Origin: Alphaproteobacteria bacterium
GTDB lineage: Bacteria; Pseudomonadota; Alphaproteobacteria; Bin95
DNA: 64,000 bases
Reading direction: 5' to 3'
NCBI GenBank assembly: GCA_963665325.3
Contig: CAXXWS020000003.1
Location: 928,001 to 992,000, forward strand
The notes under the pieces were generated by a model. The model ran no database searches. It was not told where the DNA came from and was given only the letters and a program-made list of their open reading frames with translations. Of this stretch, positions 9,354 to 18,462 are shown in pieces (within the stretch, counting starts at the first letter, position 1; each line of letters starts with the position of its first letter). Position numbers and translations under genes: made by a program.

Positions 9354-12344
9354 ATGCTGTCGATCGGCGCGCTCGCCTCGGCGTCGCAGGGCGCGTCCTA
9401 TTACGAACGCGACGGCTACTACTCGAAGGACGATCCGGAGCACCGCGCCGCCAGCGCCTGGGCGGGCAAGGGGGCCGAAGCGCTCGGCCTGAAGGGGCCG
9501 GTCGATCCCGACACCTTCCGCGCCGTGCTCGAGGGCCGGGTGCCCGACGGTTCCGGACGGCAGCTCGGCCGGCGCGGGAGGGACGGGGAGATCCTCCACC
9601 GTCCCGGCCGCGACCTGACCTTCAGCGCCCCCAAGTCCGTCTCCCTCGCGGCGCTGGCCGGCGGCGACGAACGCATCGTGGACGCGCATGACCGCGCCGT
9701 CGCGGCCACCCTCGCCTGGGTCGAGGGGAACGCCGCCGAGACCCGCATGAAGGATGCCGACACGGGCAAGATGGCGCGGGTCGGCAACCAGAAGATCGTC
9801 GCCGCCCGCTTCAGGCACGATACGTCCCGCAACCTCGATCCCCAGCTCCACACCCATGCCGTCCTCGCCAACATGGTGCAGGCGGAAGACGGCAAGTGGC
9901 GCAGCATGGCCAACGAGCGGCTCTACGGATCGAAGATGCTGCTCGGCGCGCTCTACCGCGGCGAGCTGGCCGCCTCGCTGGCGCGGCTCGGCTACGGGGT
10001 AGAGAAGACCCATGCCGACGGGCGCTTCGAGATCGCGGGCGTGCCGCGCGGGGTCGTCGAGGCCTTCTCGACGCGGCGCGCCGAGATCGAGGCGGCGATG
10101 AGCGAACGCGGGCTCGGCGGCTCCGCCGGCAATCCGCGCCTTGCCGAGCGTGCCGCGCTGATGACCCGGGCGGGCAAGCGCGACATCGACCGCGGGGAGC
10201 TGCGGGACGTGTGGGCGAAACAGGCCGCGGATCTCGGCTTCGACGCGCAGGCGCTGGTGGCCGGCGCCCTCGCCCGCTCCGCCTCGGCGCAGCGCGAGGC
10301 CCCGGAGGCGGGCAGGGAGCGGGACCCGGCGGGTCCGGCGCCGGGCGAGGCCCGCACGGCGCCGGCGGCAGACACAGCGCAGCGCGAGGCGGCGGCGCAA
10401 GGGCCGTGTGCGGCGTCGCGGGCCGTCGCCTGGGCGCTGGCGCATCTCTCGGAGCGCGAGGCGGTGTTCGCGCGCACCGACCTGCTCGCCGCCGCGCTCG
10501 CCCATGCGCCCGGCAAGTCGACGATCGGCGAGGTCGAGCGCGAGGTGGCCGCCCTGGAGAAGGCCGGCGCGCTGCACGCCGTCGACATCCCCGGCGCGGA
10601 GGAGTCGCTGGCGACCGCGAAGACCGTCGCCGAGGAGCGCGAGACGATCGCGTCGATGCGGGCGGGCGCGGGCCGGGGACAGGCCGCGATGCGGAGCTGG
10701 ATGGTCCAGGGGCACCTCAACAAGGGACCGCTCACGGCCGGCCAGAAGGAGGCCGTGAAGCTGATCCTGTCGGCGAAGGACCGCACGGTCGGCGTCCAGG
10801 GCTATGCCGGCACCGGCAAGACCACGATGCTGAACCGCGCGCGGGTGCTGGCGGCGAAGAAGGGATACCGCATGGCGGGCCTCGCGCCCTCGGCCTCGGC
10901 GGTGCGGACGCTCGCCGCGGAAGCCGGCATCGAGTCCGAGACCCTGCAGCGCTTCCTCGCCCGCAACGCGGGCGTCGCCGAGGGCCGTCTCACGAGGAAG
11001 GGCGCGAGGGAGATGCGCGCCGCGTTCGCGAAGACGATCCTGGTGGTCGACGAGGGCTCGCTTGCCTCCACCGTGCAGGCCCGCGACCTCTTGAGGATCG
11101 CCAACGCGCTGCGCATCCCCCGCGTGGTGCTGGTCGGCGACGCGAAGCAGCTCGACGCCGTCGATGCCGGCAAGCCCTTCGCCCAGCTCCAGGCCGCCGG
11201 TATGCGGACCGCGGTGATGGACGAGATCATGCGCCAGCGCGATCCCGACCTGAAGGAAGCCGTCGAGGCGAGCCTGAAAGGCGATGTCGAGAAGGCGTTC
11301 GAGAAGCTCGGAAGCAATGTCGCCGAGGTGAAGCCCGACAATATCGCGGGCGCGGTGGCCGCGCGGTGGCTCAGGCTCTCGCCGGAGCAACGCGAGAATA
11401 CCGGCGTCATGGCGCCGTCGCACGAGCTCAGGCAGGCGGTCAATGGGCATATCCGGGAGCGCCTCGCCCGCGAGGGGCGCATCCGCGGGCCCTCGATGCA
11501 GGGCGAACGCCTGGTGTCGAAGGGCTACACCGGTGCCGAGAAAGCGCTCGCGGACAATTACAGTCCCGGAGACATGGTCGCGTTCCACCGCCCCTACAGG
11601 CGGATCGGCGTCGAAAAGGGTGACGAGCGGCGCGTCGCGGGGGTCGACCGCAAGGCCCGCGCGGTGCTGCTCGACGACGGCAGGGGCGGGACGGCCGCCT
11701 GGAAACCCGGAGAGATCGGCGGGCGCCGGGGCGGCAGCGAGGTCTACCGCGTCGAGGAAATCGAGCTCCGGGCGGGCGACCGCATCCGCTGGACCCGCAA
11801 CGATGCCGGCCTCGGGCTGGTCAACAGCCGCACCGCCGAGGTGGTCGCGATGAAGGACGGCCGGGTGACCTTCCGCCTGGAGGACGGGAAGACGCTGGAA
11901 CTCGGGTCGAACGATCCGCAGCTGCGCCATCTCGACCATGCCTGGGCGTCGACCGTGCACGCCTTCCAGGGGCGCACGGTCGACAATGTCATCGCCGCCA
12001 TGGAGGCAAGGCACAAGCATCTGACGACGCAGAAGAGCTTCTATGTCGAGATATCCCGCGCCCGCGACCGGGCCGAGCTGGTCACCGACGACGCGGCCGA
12101 ACTCAGGGCGCAGCTCCAGGCGGTCACCGGCGAGCGCATCGCGGCGCTCGAAGGGATCGGCGAGGCGGCGCGCGAGGCGAAGGAAAGGGCCGCCGGGGCC
12201 GCGCCGGCGGGCCGGATGCAGCCGGATCGGGGAGCCGGACCGGATGCCGGGAAGACACCGGACGGGCCGGCCTCGCCCTCGAAGGAGAGGGAGACGCCCG
12301 CGCCGTCGCGCGGCCGGGGCGCCGAGAGGGACCTCGGACTGTAG
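9354..12344 (+). CDS. traI: MOBF relaxase-helicase (TrwC/TraI)
   Basis: ASYYERDGYY, DLTFSAPKSVS, HDTSRNLDPQLHTH, FSTRR, QGYAGTGKT, VVDEGS, HAFQG, YVEISRAR. Confidence 0.95.
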   Translation: MLSIGALASASQGASYYERDGYYSKDDPEHRAASAWAGKGAEALGLKGPVDPDTFRAVLEGRVPDGSGRQLGRRGRDGEILHRPGRDLTFSAPKSVSLAALAGGDERIVDAHDRAVAATLAWVEGNAAETRMKDADTGKMARVGNQKIVAARFRHDTSRNLDPQLHTHAVLANMVQAEDGKWRSMANERLYGSKMLLGALYRGELAASLARLGYGVEKTHADGRFEIAGVPRGVVEAFSTRRAEIEAAMSERGLGGSAGNPRLAERAALMTRAGKRDIDRGELRDVWAKQAADLGFDAQALVAGALARSASAQREAPEAGRERDPAGPAPGEARTAPAADTAQREAAAQGPCAASRAVAWALAHLSEREAVFARTDLLAAALAHAPGKSTIGEVEREVAALEKAGALHAVDIPGAEESLATAKTVAEERETIASMRAGAGRGQAAMRSWMVQGHLNKGPLTAGQKEAVKLILSAKDRTVGVQGYAGTGKTTMLNRARVLAAKKGYRMAGLAPSASAVRTLAAEAGIESETLQRFLARNAGVAEGRLTRKGAREMRAAFAKTILVVDEGSLASTVQARDLLRIANALRIPRVVLVGDAKQLDAVDAGKPFAQLQAAGMRTAVMDEIMRQRDPDLKEAVEASLKGDVEKAFEKLGSNVAEVKPDNIAGAVAARWLRLSPEQRENTGVMAPSHELRQAVNGHIRERLAREGRIRGPSMQGERLVSKGYTGAEKALADNYSPGDMVAFHRPYRRIGVEKGDERRVAGVDRKARAVLLDDGRGGTAAWKPGEIGGRRGGSEVYRVEEIELRAGDRIRWTRNDAGLGLVNSRTAEVVAMKDGRVTFRLEDGKTLELGSNDPQLRHLDHAWASTVHAFQGRTVDNVIAAMEARHKHLTTQKSFYVEISRARDRAELVTDDAAELRAQLQAVTGERIAALEGIGEAAREAKERAAGAAPAGRMQPDRGAGPDAGKTPDGPASPSKERETPAPSRGRGAERDLGL

Positions 12345-12425
12345 CGGTCCGGTGCGCAGGACTCGTGCGCGAGGGCAGGGAAGACGCCGCTCCCGGCCTG
12401 AAACCGCCCGTTCAGGAGGCATGGA

Positions 12426-12794
12426 ATGGACAGCAAGCGACCCGATACGGCGCCGGACGAGGCCGGCAGGACGGCGAAGCGCACGCCGCGCACGATCAGG
12501 TTCCTCGACCCCGAGTGGCGGCGCATCGAGGCCTTCGCGGACCGTCGCGGCCTGACCGGGCCCGAGTTCGTGCGTTTCGCCGCGCTCGCGGCGATGGAGG
12601 AGGCGCCTGCGGCGCCCGGTTCGTGCGACCGGCTGGCCCCGCTGATCGAGCGGACCTTCCGCTACGCCCATGTGCTCGCGAGCGCCATGCGCGGCAGGAT
12701 GCTCGACGGGGGCCGCGAGAAGGAGCTCGAAGAGCTGGTCGCCGCCGCCCGCGCGTTGCAGGATGAACTGCTGGGCGACGGCCAAGCCGAGTGA
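12426..12794 (+). CDS. Small RHH-like relaxosome accessory/DNA-binding protein
   Basis: RTIRFLDPEWRRIEAFADRRGLTGPEFVRFAAL resembles a ribbon-helix-helix; lies between traI and the candidate oriT. Confidence 0.6.
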   Translation: MDSKRPDTAPDEAGRTAKRTPRTIRFLDPEWRRIEAFADRRGLTGPEFVRFAALAAMEEAPAAPGSCDRLAPLIERTFRYAHVLASAMRGRMLDGGREKELEELVAAARALQDELLGDGQAE

Positions 12795-12915
12795 ACGCGG
12801 CCGCGGCGCAGCCCCAGGTGGACTTCTCCATCCGGATCGGGGGCTCTCCCGGGCACATCGACGGCCCTGGCGAGGGCGACGGAATCCCCCCGGGACCGCC
12901 GATGCCGCGAAGACA

Positions 12916-13195
12916 GGGGCGGTTCCCCGGAGAACCGCGGCCCTATGGAGGCGATGCTCTGGAGCATCGCGGGCCGAAATCGGCGATGCTCCAGAGCATC
13001 GGGGCCGGTTCTCCAGAGAATCGCGCCACACAAACCTCAATGATATCAGCGCCTTGTCCGCGCATCTCCAGAGCATCGACTCGGTCCAACATGCACAGGA
13101 CGCCGCCAGGCGGTGTTTGGCGGCAAATGGCGGGCTCCGGCGGGGCAGGTGCACACCTGGCACGACAGCATCGTCGATGCGTCGGGTGTGAGAAC
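12916..13195 (+). promoter_or_regulatory. Candidate oriT with palindromic CTCYRGAG repeats and F-like nic
   Basis: IR GCATCGTCGATGC (13168-13180) overlaps TGCGTCGGGTGT^G (13178-13190), 12/13 identical to F nic TGCGTGGGGTGT^G as recalled; several CTCCAGAG/CTCTGGAG-centred palindromes upstream. Confidence 0.6.
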
Positions 13196-14113
13196 CGAGC
13201 CGCCTCCGGCGTCGAAAGCAGCACCGACAGGCGGCATTCATGATGGGGGAATCGTCGCCGGGGAACCCGGCGGAGAGGAGCCGCCACGGCGATTTGAGTG
13301 GCGGGCGATGCGGCCGGAGCCGCGGGCAGTCGTGCGCAGCACGCTGCCGGAGGCGAAGCCGGTGCTGTCCGCACCGGTGCGGACAGTCGTGCACGGCGCA
13401 GTGCGGAGGCCGGTGTCCGGCGAAGCCGGCATCGGCGACGCACGGAGTGCTGCGGCGACGAGCACGGCGCGCAGCGCCGGCGCGAGGATGACGAGGCCAG
13501 AGTTCGGCATCGTGTCCGGGAGGAATGCACGGCGCGGCGGGCTCTTTGCCAAGCGGAGCGCGGAGTGAGCGCGAGCGAACGGAGGCGACAGGGATTGCAG
13601 TGGAAATCGCCCGCAGGGCGATTGGAGCGGAAAGCCCGGCCGCGAAGCGGGTCGCCCGGAATCATCGCAGGCTCGCGCGCATGGGTACTCCTGGCCAGCA
13701 GCATCGGCGCGAGCACCATCCGCAACATCTGGATCATCGTCGTGATCGTCACCCGCACCATGATGGTCGCCTTCATCGCCGCCGTCACCGTGCTGCGGCG
13801 AGCATCGCCGTCGGTCGCACCGACAGCACGAACAGGGATGCCGATATGGACGACGGCATCGTGACCGACGCTACCGGAACGTTGATGGGAGGGACAACAC
13901 TGCGCGTACCGGTGCTGATGAATGGAACGCTGCTGATGTTGGTGCCGACGACAAGCGGCGGAGCCGCCGCGGAGCGTGCCGCGCGCAGCGCGGCGCGCGA
14001 CGCGAAGGCGAGCGCCGGTGGCGGCGGCGGGGTCCGAGCAAAACGAGAGAGCCGCGCCGCCCGCCCCGGTTTGCGGTCCGGGGGAGCGGCGCGGCCCGTG
14101 TTGGCGTTGCACG

Positions 14114-15034
14114 TCAGCCGATGAGAACGGGAATGCCGAGCGCCTTCGCCTTGTCGACGAGGTTGGCCGTGATGCCGTTGCCCTCGAAGGCGATGAGGCC
14201 CTTGGGCATGAGGTTGAGCATTTCGTCGTTGCGCCGGAACGGGGCGGCGCGTCCGTGGCGTGTCCAGTTGGGCTTGCACACGACCTGGTCGACGCCGTTG
14301 CTCTCGGCCCACCGGGCGGCGAGCCGGTCGGTGCCGGGGCCGCCGCCGTGGACGATGACGAGGTCGTCGTACTTGGCGCGGGTCTGGTCGAGGCGTCGGG
14401 CGATGGCGTCCGGGTCGCGCACGTCCTTGCCGCCGGCGATGGCGACCAGTGTGCCGCTCGGCAGGTGCGCCTTCGTCTCGCGGTCCTTCCGTGCGCGGAT
14501 GAAGTCGCGCGCATCGATGGCGGCGGAGGTCAGCGCGCCGGTCTGCGAGACGTGGCTGCCGCGCCTCGGACGCCAGACGTCTCCGGTCGCGGCGCGGTAC
14601 TGGTCGGCCGCCGCATCGCGCATCTGCTCGAAGGCGTCGCGGCGGTCGCCGAGGTTCTGCGCCCGCTCGGTCGTCAGCTCGAGCTCGCGGGCCTTGACCT
14701 CGGTGCCGTCCTGGGCGGCTTGCAGGTCGCGCAGCTCGGGGGTGAGCCGGTCGACGGAGCGGTCGAGGCGGCGGACCTGTGCGTCGAAGGCGTTGACGAT
14801 GCCCCACAGCAGGTGCTCTCGCTCGTCGGCGAGCTGGAAGCCGTCGGGTGCGACGCTCTCGGCGAGGATGCGGAACGCTTCGCCCACCGCGCCGACGGCC
14901 TCGTCTCGGTCCCAGATGTCGCGGGGGTCGAACTCGCCGCGCTCTGGGGTTGCGCCGTAGAGCTGCGCGTTCTCGCAGACTGTCGCGGTCATGGACTGGT
15001 CTTGGCTCTCGAAGGTGTCGATATCGAAGGTCAT
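14114..15034 (-). CDS. DUF2493/YspA-like SLOG-domain protein
   Basis: N-terminal coiled coil, then LVAIAGGKD...VIVHGGGPGTDRLAARWA...HGRAAPFRRNDEML...ANLVDKAKALGIPV. Confidence 0.8.
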   Translation of the reverse strand: MTFDIDTFESQDQSMTATVCENAQLYGATPERGEFDPRDIWDRDEAVGAVGEAFRILAESVAPDGFQLADEREHLLWGIVNAFDAQVRRLDRSVDRLTPELRDLQAAQDGTEVKARELELTTERAQNLGDRRDAFEQMRDAAADQYRAATGDVWRPRRGSHVSQTGALTSAAIDARDFIRARKDRETKAHLPSGTLVAIAGGKDVRDPDAIARRLDQTRAKYDDLVIVHGGGPGTDRLAARWAESNGVDQVVCKPNWTRHGRAAPFRRNDEMLNLMPKGLIAFEGNGITANLVDKAKALGIPVLIG

Positions 15035-15075
15035 GATGGATGCTCCCTTGAGCTTGCGGTTGATGCCTGCGAGGC

Positions 15076-15350
15076 GGGGGTGCCTTGCTGTGCCTGATTG
15101 TTGGGACACGCGCGCGCAGGGGAGCCACCGGGACCGGAATGAATGGCCCGATGTGGTGCGCGAGTGGTGCGGGCGCAGGGAGCGAAGCGACTGAGCCACG
15201 GTCGCGCGCCGCATCGGGACTAGGCGCGCAGCGCCGTTTCATTCCGAGTCCCGGCCGCAACGGAGCGAAGCGGAGTGGAGGACCCGCTTTAGCGGGTTGG
15301 CGCACTGAGCACGTGTGGCACGATAATCAGGCACAGCGAGGAACCACCCT
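15076..15350 (+). promoter_or_regulatory. Long imperfect hairpin, Frpo/ssi-like ssDNA promoter candidate
   Basis: GCTGTGCCTGATT (about 15088-15100) pairs with AATCAGGCACAGC (15325-15337) within a roughly 40-bp imperfect stem; distal arm carries TTGGCG...GATAAT. Confidence 0.55.
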
Positions 15351-15470
15351 TTCCCCTGGCACGGTCCCCTTGGGCGGAACGGTCAGGCACGGTGTCCGGG
15401 ATTGACGCGCGGACCTGGCGGCGGCGATTCCGACCTTCGCGGTGGCGACGGACTCCAAGTCGACAGCACG

Positions 15471-15501
15471 AAAAAGGGGCCGGCACCGAAGTACCGACCC
15501 C
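15471..15501 (-). terminator. Rho-independent terminator after ssb
   Basis: Minus strand GGGGTCGGTAC-TTCG-GTGCCGGCCCC-TTTTT. Confidence 0.8.
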
Positions 15502-15528
15502 AGTGGGAGATGGGAGACGATGAGCCGC

Positions 15529-15999
15529 CTAGAACGGAATCAAATCGTCGGATTCCTGGGCGGTGCCGTTCGCACTCGACGCGGCGGCCTCGGCCGGCAC
15601 GGACTCCGCGCCCGCCGCCTGCGCCGCGGGCTTCGCGCCGTTGCCGTTGGGCTTGTCCAAGAACTGGAGCCGGTGGCCCGGCACGACCAGAATCTCGGTC
15701 GAGAAGCGGTCGGAGTCCTCGCCGTCCTTCGTCCAGCGACGCGTCTGGAGTTTGCCCTCGGCGTGGACCAGGCGGCCCTTCTTCGCGTGCTTCTCCAGCA
15801 TCGAGATGAGCCCGTCCTGGAAGGTCACCACGCGGTGCCATTCCACCCGGTCCACCTTTTCGCCGGTCTGCCGGCTGAGGAAGCTCTCGTCGGTCGCGAT
15901 GCTCAAGTTCGCCACGCGCCCCCCGCTCGCGAGATGGTTGACGACGACGTCGGCGCCGAGGCGCCCGATGAGCTCGACCCTGTTGATTCCGAATGCCAT
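15529..15999 (-). CDS. ssb: Single-stranded DNA-binding protein
   Basis: INRVELIGRLGAD, VEWHRVV, EGKLQTRRW, acidic tail DDLIPF. Confidence 0.95.
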   Translation of the reverse strand: MAFGINRVELIGRLGADVVVNHLASGGRVANLSIATDESFLSRQTGEKVDRVEWHRVVTFQDGLISMLEKHAKKGRLVHAEGKLQTRRWTKDGEDSDRFSTEILVVPGHRLQFLDKPNGNGAKPAAQAAGAESVPAEAAASSANGTAQESDDLIPF

Positions 16000-16100
16000 T
16001 GCGGTTCTCCTCACGTGTTCGATATTGACGATGGTCGAGCGGGCGGGACCGGGAACCTCTCGCTCCCCATCCCTTCCGCTCATTCTTCTCCCGCTTCCCT

Positions 16101-16256
16101 CTACCTCGCGTCCGCCGGAACCTCGCGGTCGGGACAGCGACGGGCGAGGTCGTCGGCGAGCGCGTCCCGCACCGCGCCGACATCGAGCCCGAGCTCGGCC
16201 AGCAGCTCGTTGCCGCCCGCGGCGATGGGGTCGTAGTCCGAGTACGTGTCGAACAT
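16101..16256 (-). CDS. Small acidic hypothetical protein (51 aa)
   Basis: MFDTYSDYDPIAAGG... preceded by a GGAGG RBS; co-oriented with ssb. Confidence 0.5.
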   Translation of the reverse strand: MFDTYSDYDPIAAGGNELLAELGLDVGAVRDALADDLARRCPDREVPADAR

Positions 16257-16374
16257 GGCAGGTCCTCCCGGATGCCGCGCCCGGCGGCGGGGAAGCCCAC
16301 CTTCCTCCATCCCGCCGGGCGCTTGCCCGGCACGCGCTTCCCTCTTCCTCCCGACCGCCCTCGCGGGACGCGGG

Positions 16375-17523
16375 TCACGCCCAGGCGGCCCAGCGCATGA
16401 CCGGGTTGAAGTCCGAGACGACCTCGACCTGGTCGAAGCCGAGCTTGGCGAAGACCAGCGCCGCGGCCGCCTCGGCCTCGCTGTCGAAGGTGCCGAGCGT
16501 CTCGCCCGAGGCGAGCTCGATGACGGTGAAGCTCGGGTCCCAGGCCGGCATGCCCCGGAAGTAGCTGGAGCCGTGGTAGGACTTCTCGGCGCACGGGGCG
16601 CATTGCGCGGCTCCCTGCGAGGGCGCTCCGCAGCTCGTGCATTCGGAGCGGGCGCGCCTCTGCCAATAGAGCTCCCGGCTGCGGGCATTGCGGCGCTCCC
16701 GGTCCCGGCGCTCGCTCTCGAGCACGGCGCAGGGCGCGCACCGCGAGCCGCCGTCGTTCACCGCACCCGCGCACCTGACGCACACCCCGGCGGCGCGCCT
16801 GGCGGCGTAGGCCTGTCGCTCCGACCCGCGCCGCGCAATCCGGCACGGCTCGCACGTCGAGCCCCCCTCGATGGCGGGACGCGTGCCGCATGACGTGCAC
16901 AGGCCGGCGGTGCGCCGGGCCTCGTCGCGCCTGCGGCTGCGCTCGCGGCCGATGCGTCGGCGGGTCTCCACCGGGCGCCCACCATAGAGCTTGCCCTGCG
17001 ACATTGCCTTGGCGTAGCGCGCCCGCTCGCGGGCCCGGCGCTTCTCGTTGCATTGCTCGCACAGGGTGAGTCCCTCCGCGGCCGGGGCCTTCCCGCAGTG
17101 CAAACACAACCCGGCTTCGCGGCGCGCCTCGGCCTGCCGGCGGGAGCGCTCGCGTTCATAGGCGCGGGCGTGCTTGGCGTCGCGCCGGGGCAGGCCGGCG
17201 GCACGGAGCCGCGCGTCCCGTGCCCGGCTCGCCCGGTTCGTCTTCTCGGCGCAGGACTCGCAGATGGACCGCTCGGGCGCGGGCGGACGCTTGCCGCACT
17301 TCGGGCACATCCCGGCCGCGACCCGGGCGGCGGCCCGGCGATGATGCCGTGCCCGGTCGGCGGGCCGCTTCTTCGCCGCGCACGGCTCGCACTGGCTGCG
17401 ATGGGGCGCCGGCGGGCGCTTGCCGCATTTCAGGCAAAGGCCAGCAGCGCGGCGTTCAGCGGTCCGCTTGTGATAGCGCTCCAGGTCCCGCGAGCGCCTG
17501 GCCTCGATGTCGAGTTCGCACAT
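16375..17523 (-). CDS. Protein with six tandem C4 zinc-finger repeats and an AP2-like C-terminus
   Basis: Six CxxC-x9-11-CxxC units joined by Arg-rich helices; C-terminal LGTFDSEAEAAAA; AAGGAG RBS. Confidence 0.75.
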   Translation of the reverse strand: MCELDIEARRSRDLERYHKRTAERRAAGLCLKCGKRPPAPHRSQCEPCAAKKRPADRARHHRRAAARVAAGMCPKCGKRPPAPERSICESCAEKTNRASRARDARLRAAGLPRRDAKHARAYERERSRRQAEARREAGLCLHCGKAPAAEGLTLCEQCNEKRRARERARYAKAMSQGKLYGGRPVETRRRIGRERSRRRDEARRTAGLCTSCGTRPAIEGGSTCEPCRIARRGSERQAYAARRAAGVCVRCAGAVNDGGSRCAPCAVLESERRDRERRNARSRELYWQRRARSECTSCGAPSQGAAQCAPCAEKSYHGSSYFRGMPAWDPSFTVIELASGETLGTFDSEAEAAAALVFAKLGFDQVEVVSDFNPVMRWAAWA

Positions 17524-17608
17524 GGGTCGTTCTCCTTGCCGGGGTTGGGAACCAGACGAAGGACGCCCGACCGGCGCGGGCCGGCCGGACGTCCCCGGAG
17601 AGCGCCGC

Positions 17609-17941
17609 TCAGCCGCGCTGCTTGCGGTCGCACAGGATGCCCGCGGCGTGAGACCCCCAGAGCTGCTGGCCGCCGCGGGTGGTGAGCCCGGTGCAGATGA
17701 TGATCTCGGTGCGGGCGGGGCGCATTTCCTTGACCGCCTTCAGCGTGGCGGTGACGCGCTTCGCCCCGCGGCCGCCCTTCTTCGCGGTCGCCGCCCTCTC
17801 GCGGGGCCAGGGGCGGATGTCGCCATCGGCGTACGCCTTGAACCGCTCGACCGCGTATCGCTGGTCGACAAGGCCGCCGCCGAAGAAATGGACCAGGAAC
17901 GTGTCCGCCGTGTTGCCGGGAATCGCCATTGCCGTCGTCAT
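17609..17941 (-). CDS. Hypothetical protein (110 aa)
   Basis: ATG with GGAG RBS, co-oriented upstream of the zinc-finger gene; no family recognised. Confidence 0.5.
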   Translation of the reverse strand: MTTAMAIPGNTADTFLVHFFGGGLVDQRYAVERFKAYADGDIRPWPRERAATAKKGGRGAKRVTATLKAVKEMRPARTEIIICTGLTTRGGQQLWGSHAAGILCDRKQRG

Positions 17942-18241
17942 GGTGCCGTCTCCATTTGCCGCTGATGGGAAACGGCGGAGACGCCTCCCTCCGGGACGTC
18001 GTCCGCCGCCCCGCTTCCGGCCAAACTCTCCTCTCGCCGGTGCGAACCCGCATGGCGGCGACCGTGCGCTGATGGGGTATCGCGGCAAGGCGGAGAACGA
18101 CGGGTGCGAAGATTCCCGGTCCGCTGACGGCCCCATGTTCGAGTGGGGCACCGCGGAAAGGACCGCTGCGCATACCGGCGCACGGTCGATGCCTCTGCCC
18201 AGGCGGTTGCGCGCAAAATTGTTCGCGTCTATCGTCGGGCG

Positions 18242-18454
18242 ATGACCGGACGGCAGTTCATCGCGCGGGTCCGCCGGTGGGCGAGGGTCCGGGGCGTGGA
18301 GGTGCGCTTCGTCGCATCCGAGGGATCCGGCTCGCACGGGACGCTCCATGCGGGCGGGCGAAAGACCACCGTCAAGGACCGCAGGAAGGAGATCGGCCGG
18401 GGGCTGCTCGGCAAGATGCTGGCCGACCTCGGAATCGACCCGAACGACCTGTAG
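18242..18454 (+). CDS. hicA: HicA-family toxin
   Basis: GSGSHGTL...TTVKDRRKEIGRGLLGKMLADLGI. Confidence 0.8.
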   Translation: MTGRQFIARVRRWARVRGVEVRFVASEGSGSHGTLHAGGRKTTVKDRRKEIGRGLLGKMLADLGIDPNDL

Positions 18455-18462
18455 GAGGACCG

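Noticed and set aside
12916-13080. Possible CRISPR or guide-RNA array
   Set aside because: Irregular spacing, mixed orientation and no cas-like genes; better explained as oriT binding sites.
8910-13394. 1494-aa minus-strand ORF and many other long antisense or alternate-frame ORFs
   Set aside because: Shadow ORFs of real genes in high-GC DNA; Arg/Pro/Ala-rich with no motifs.
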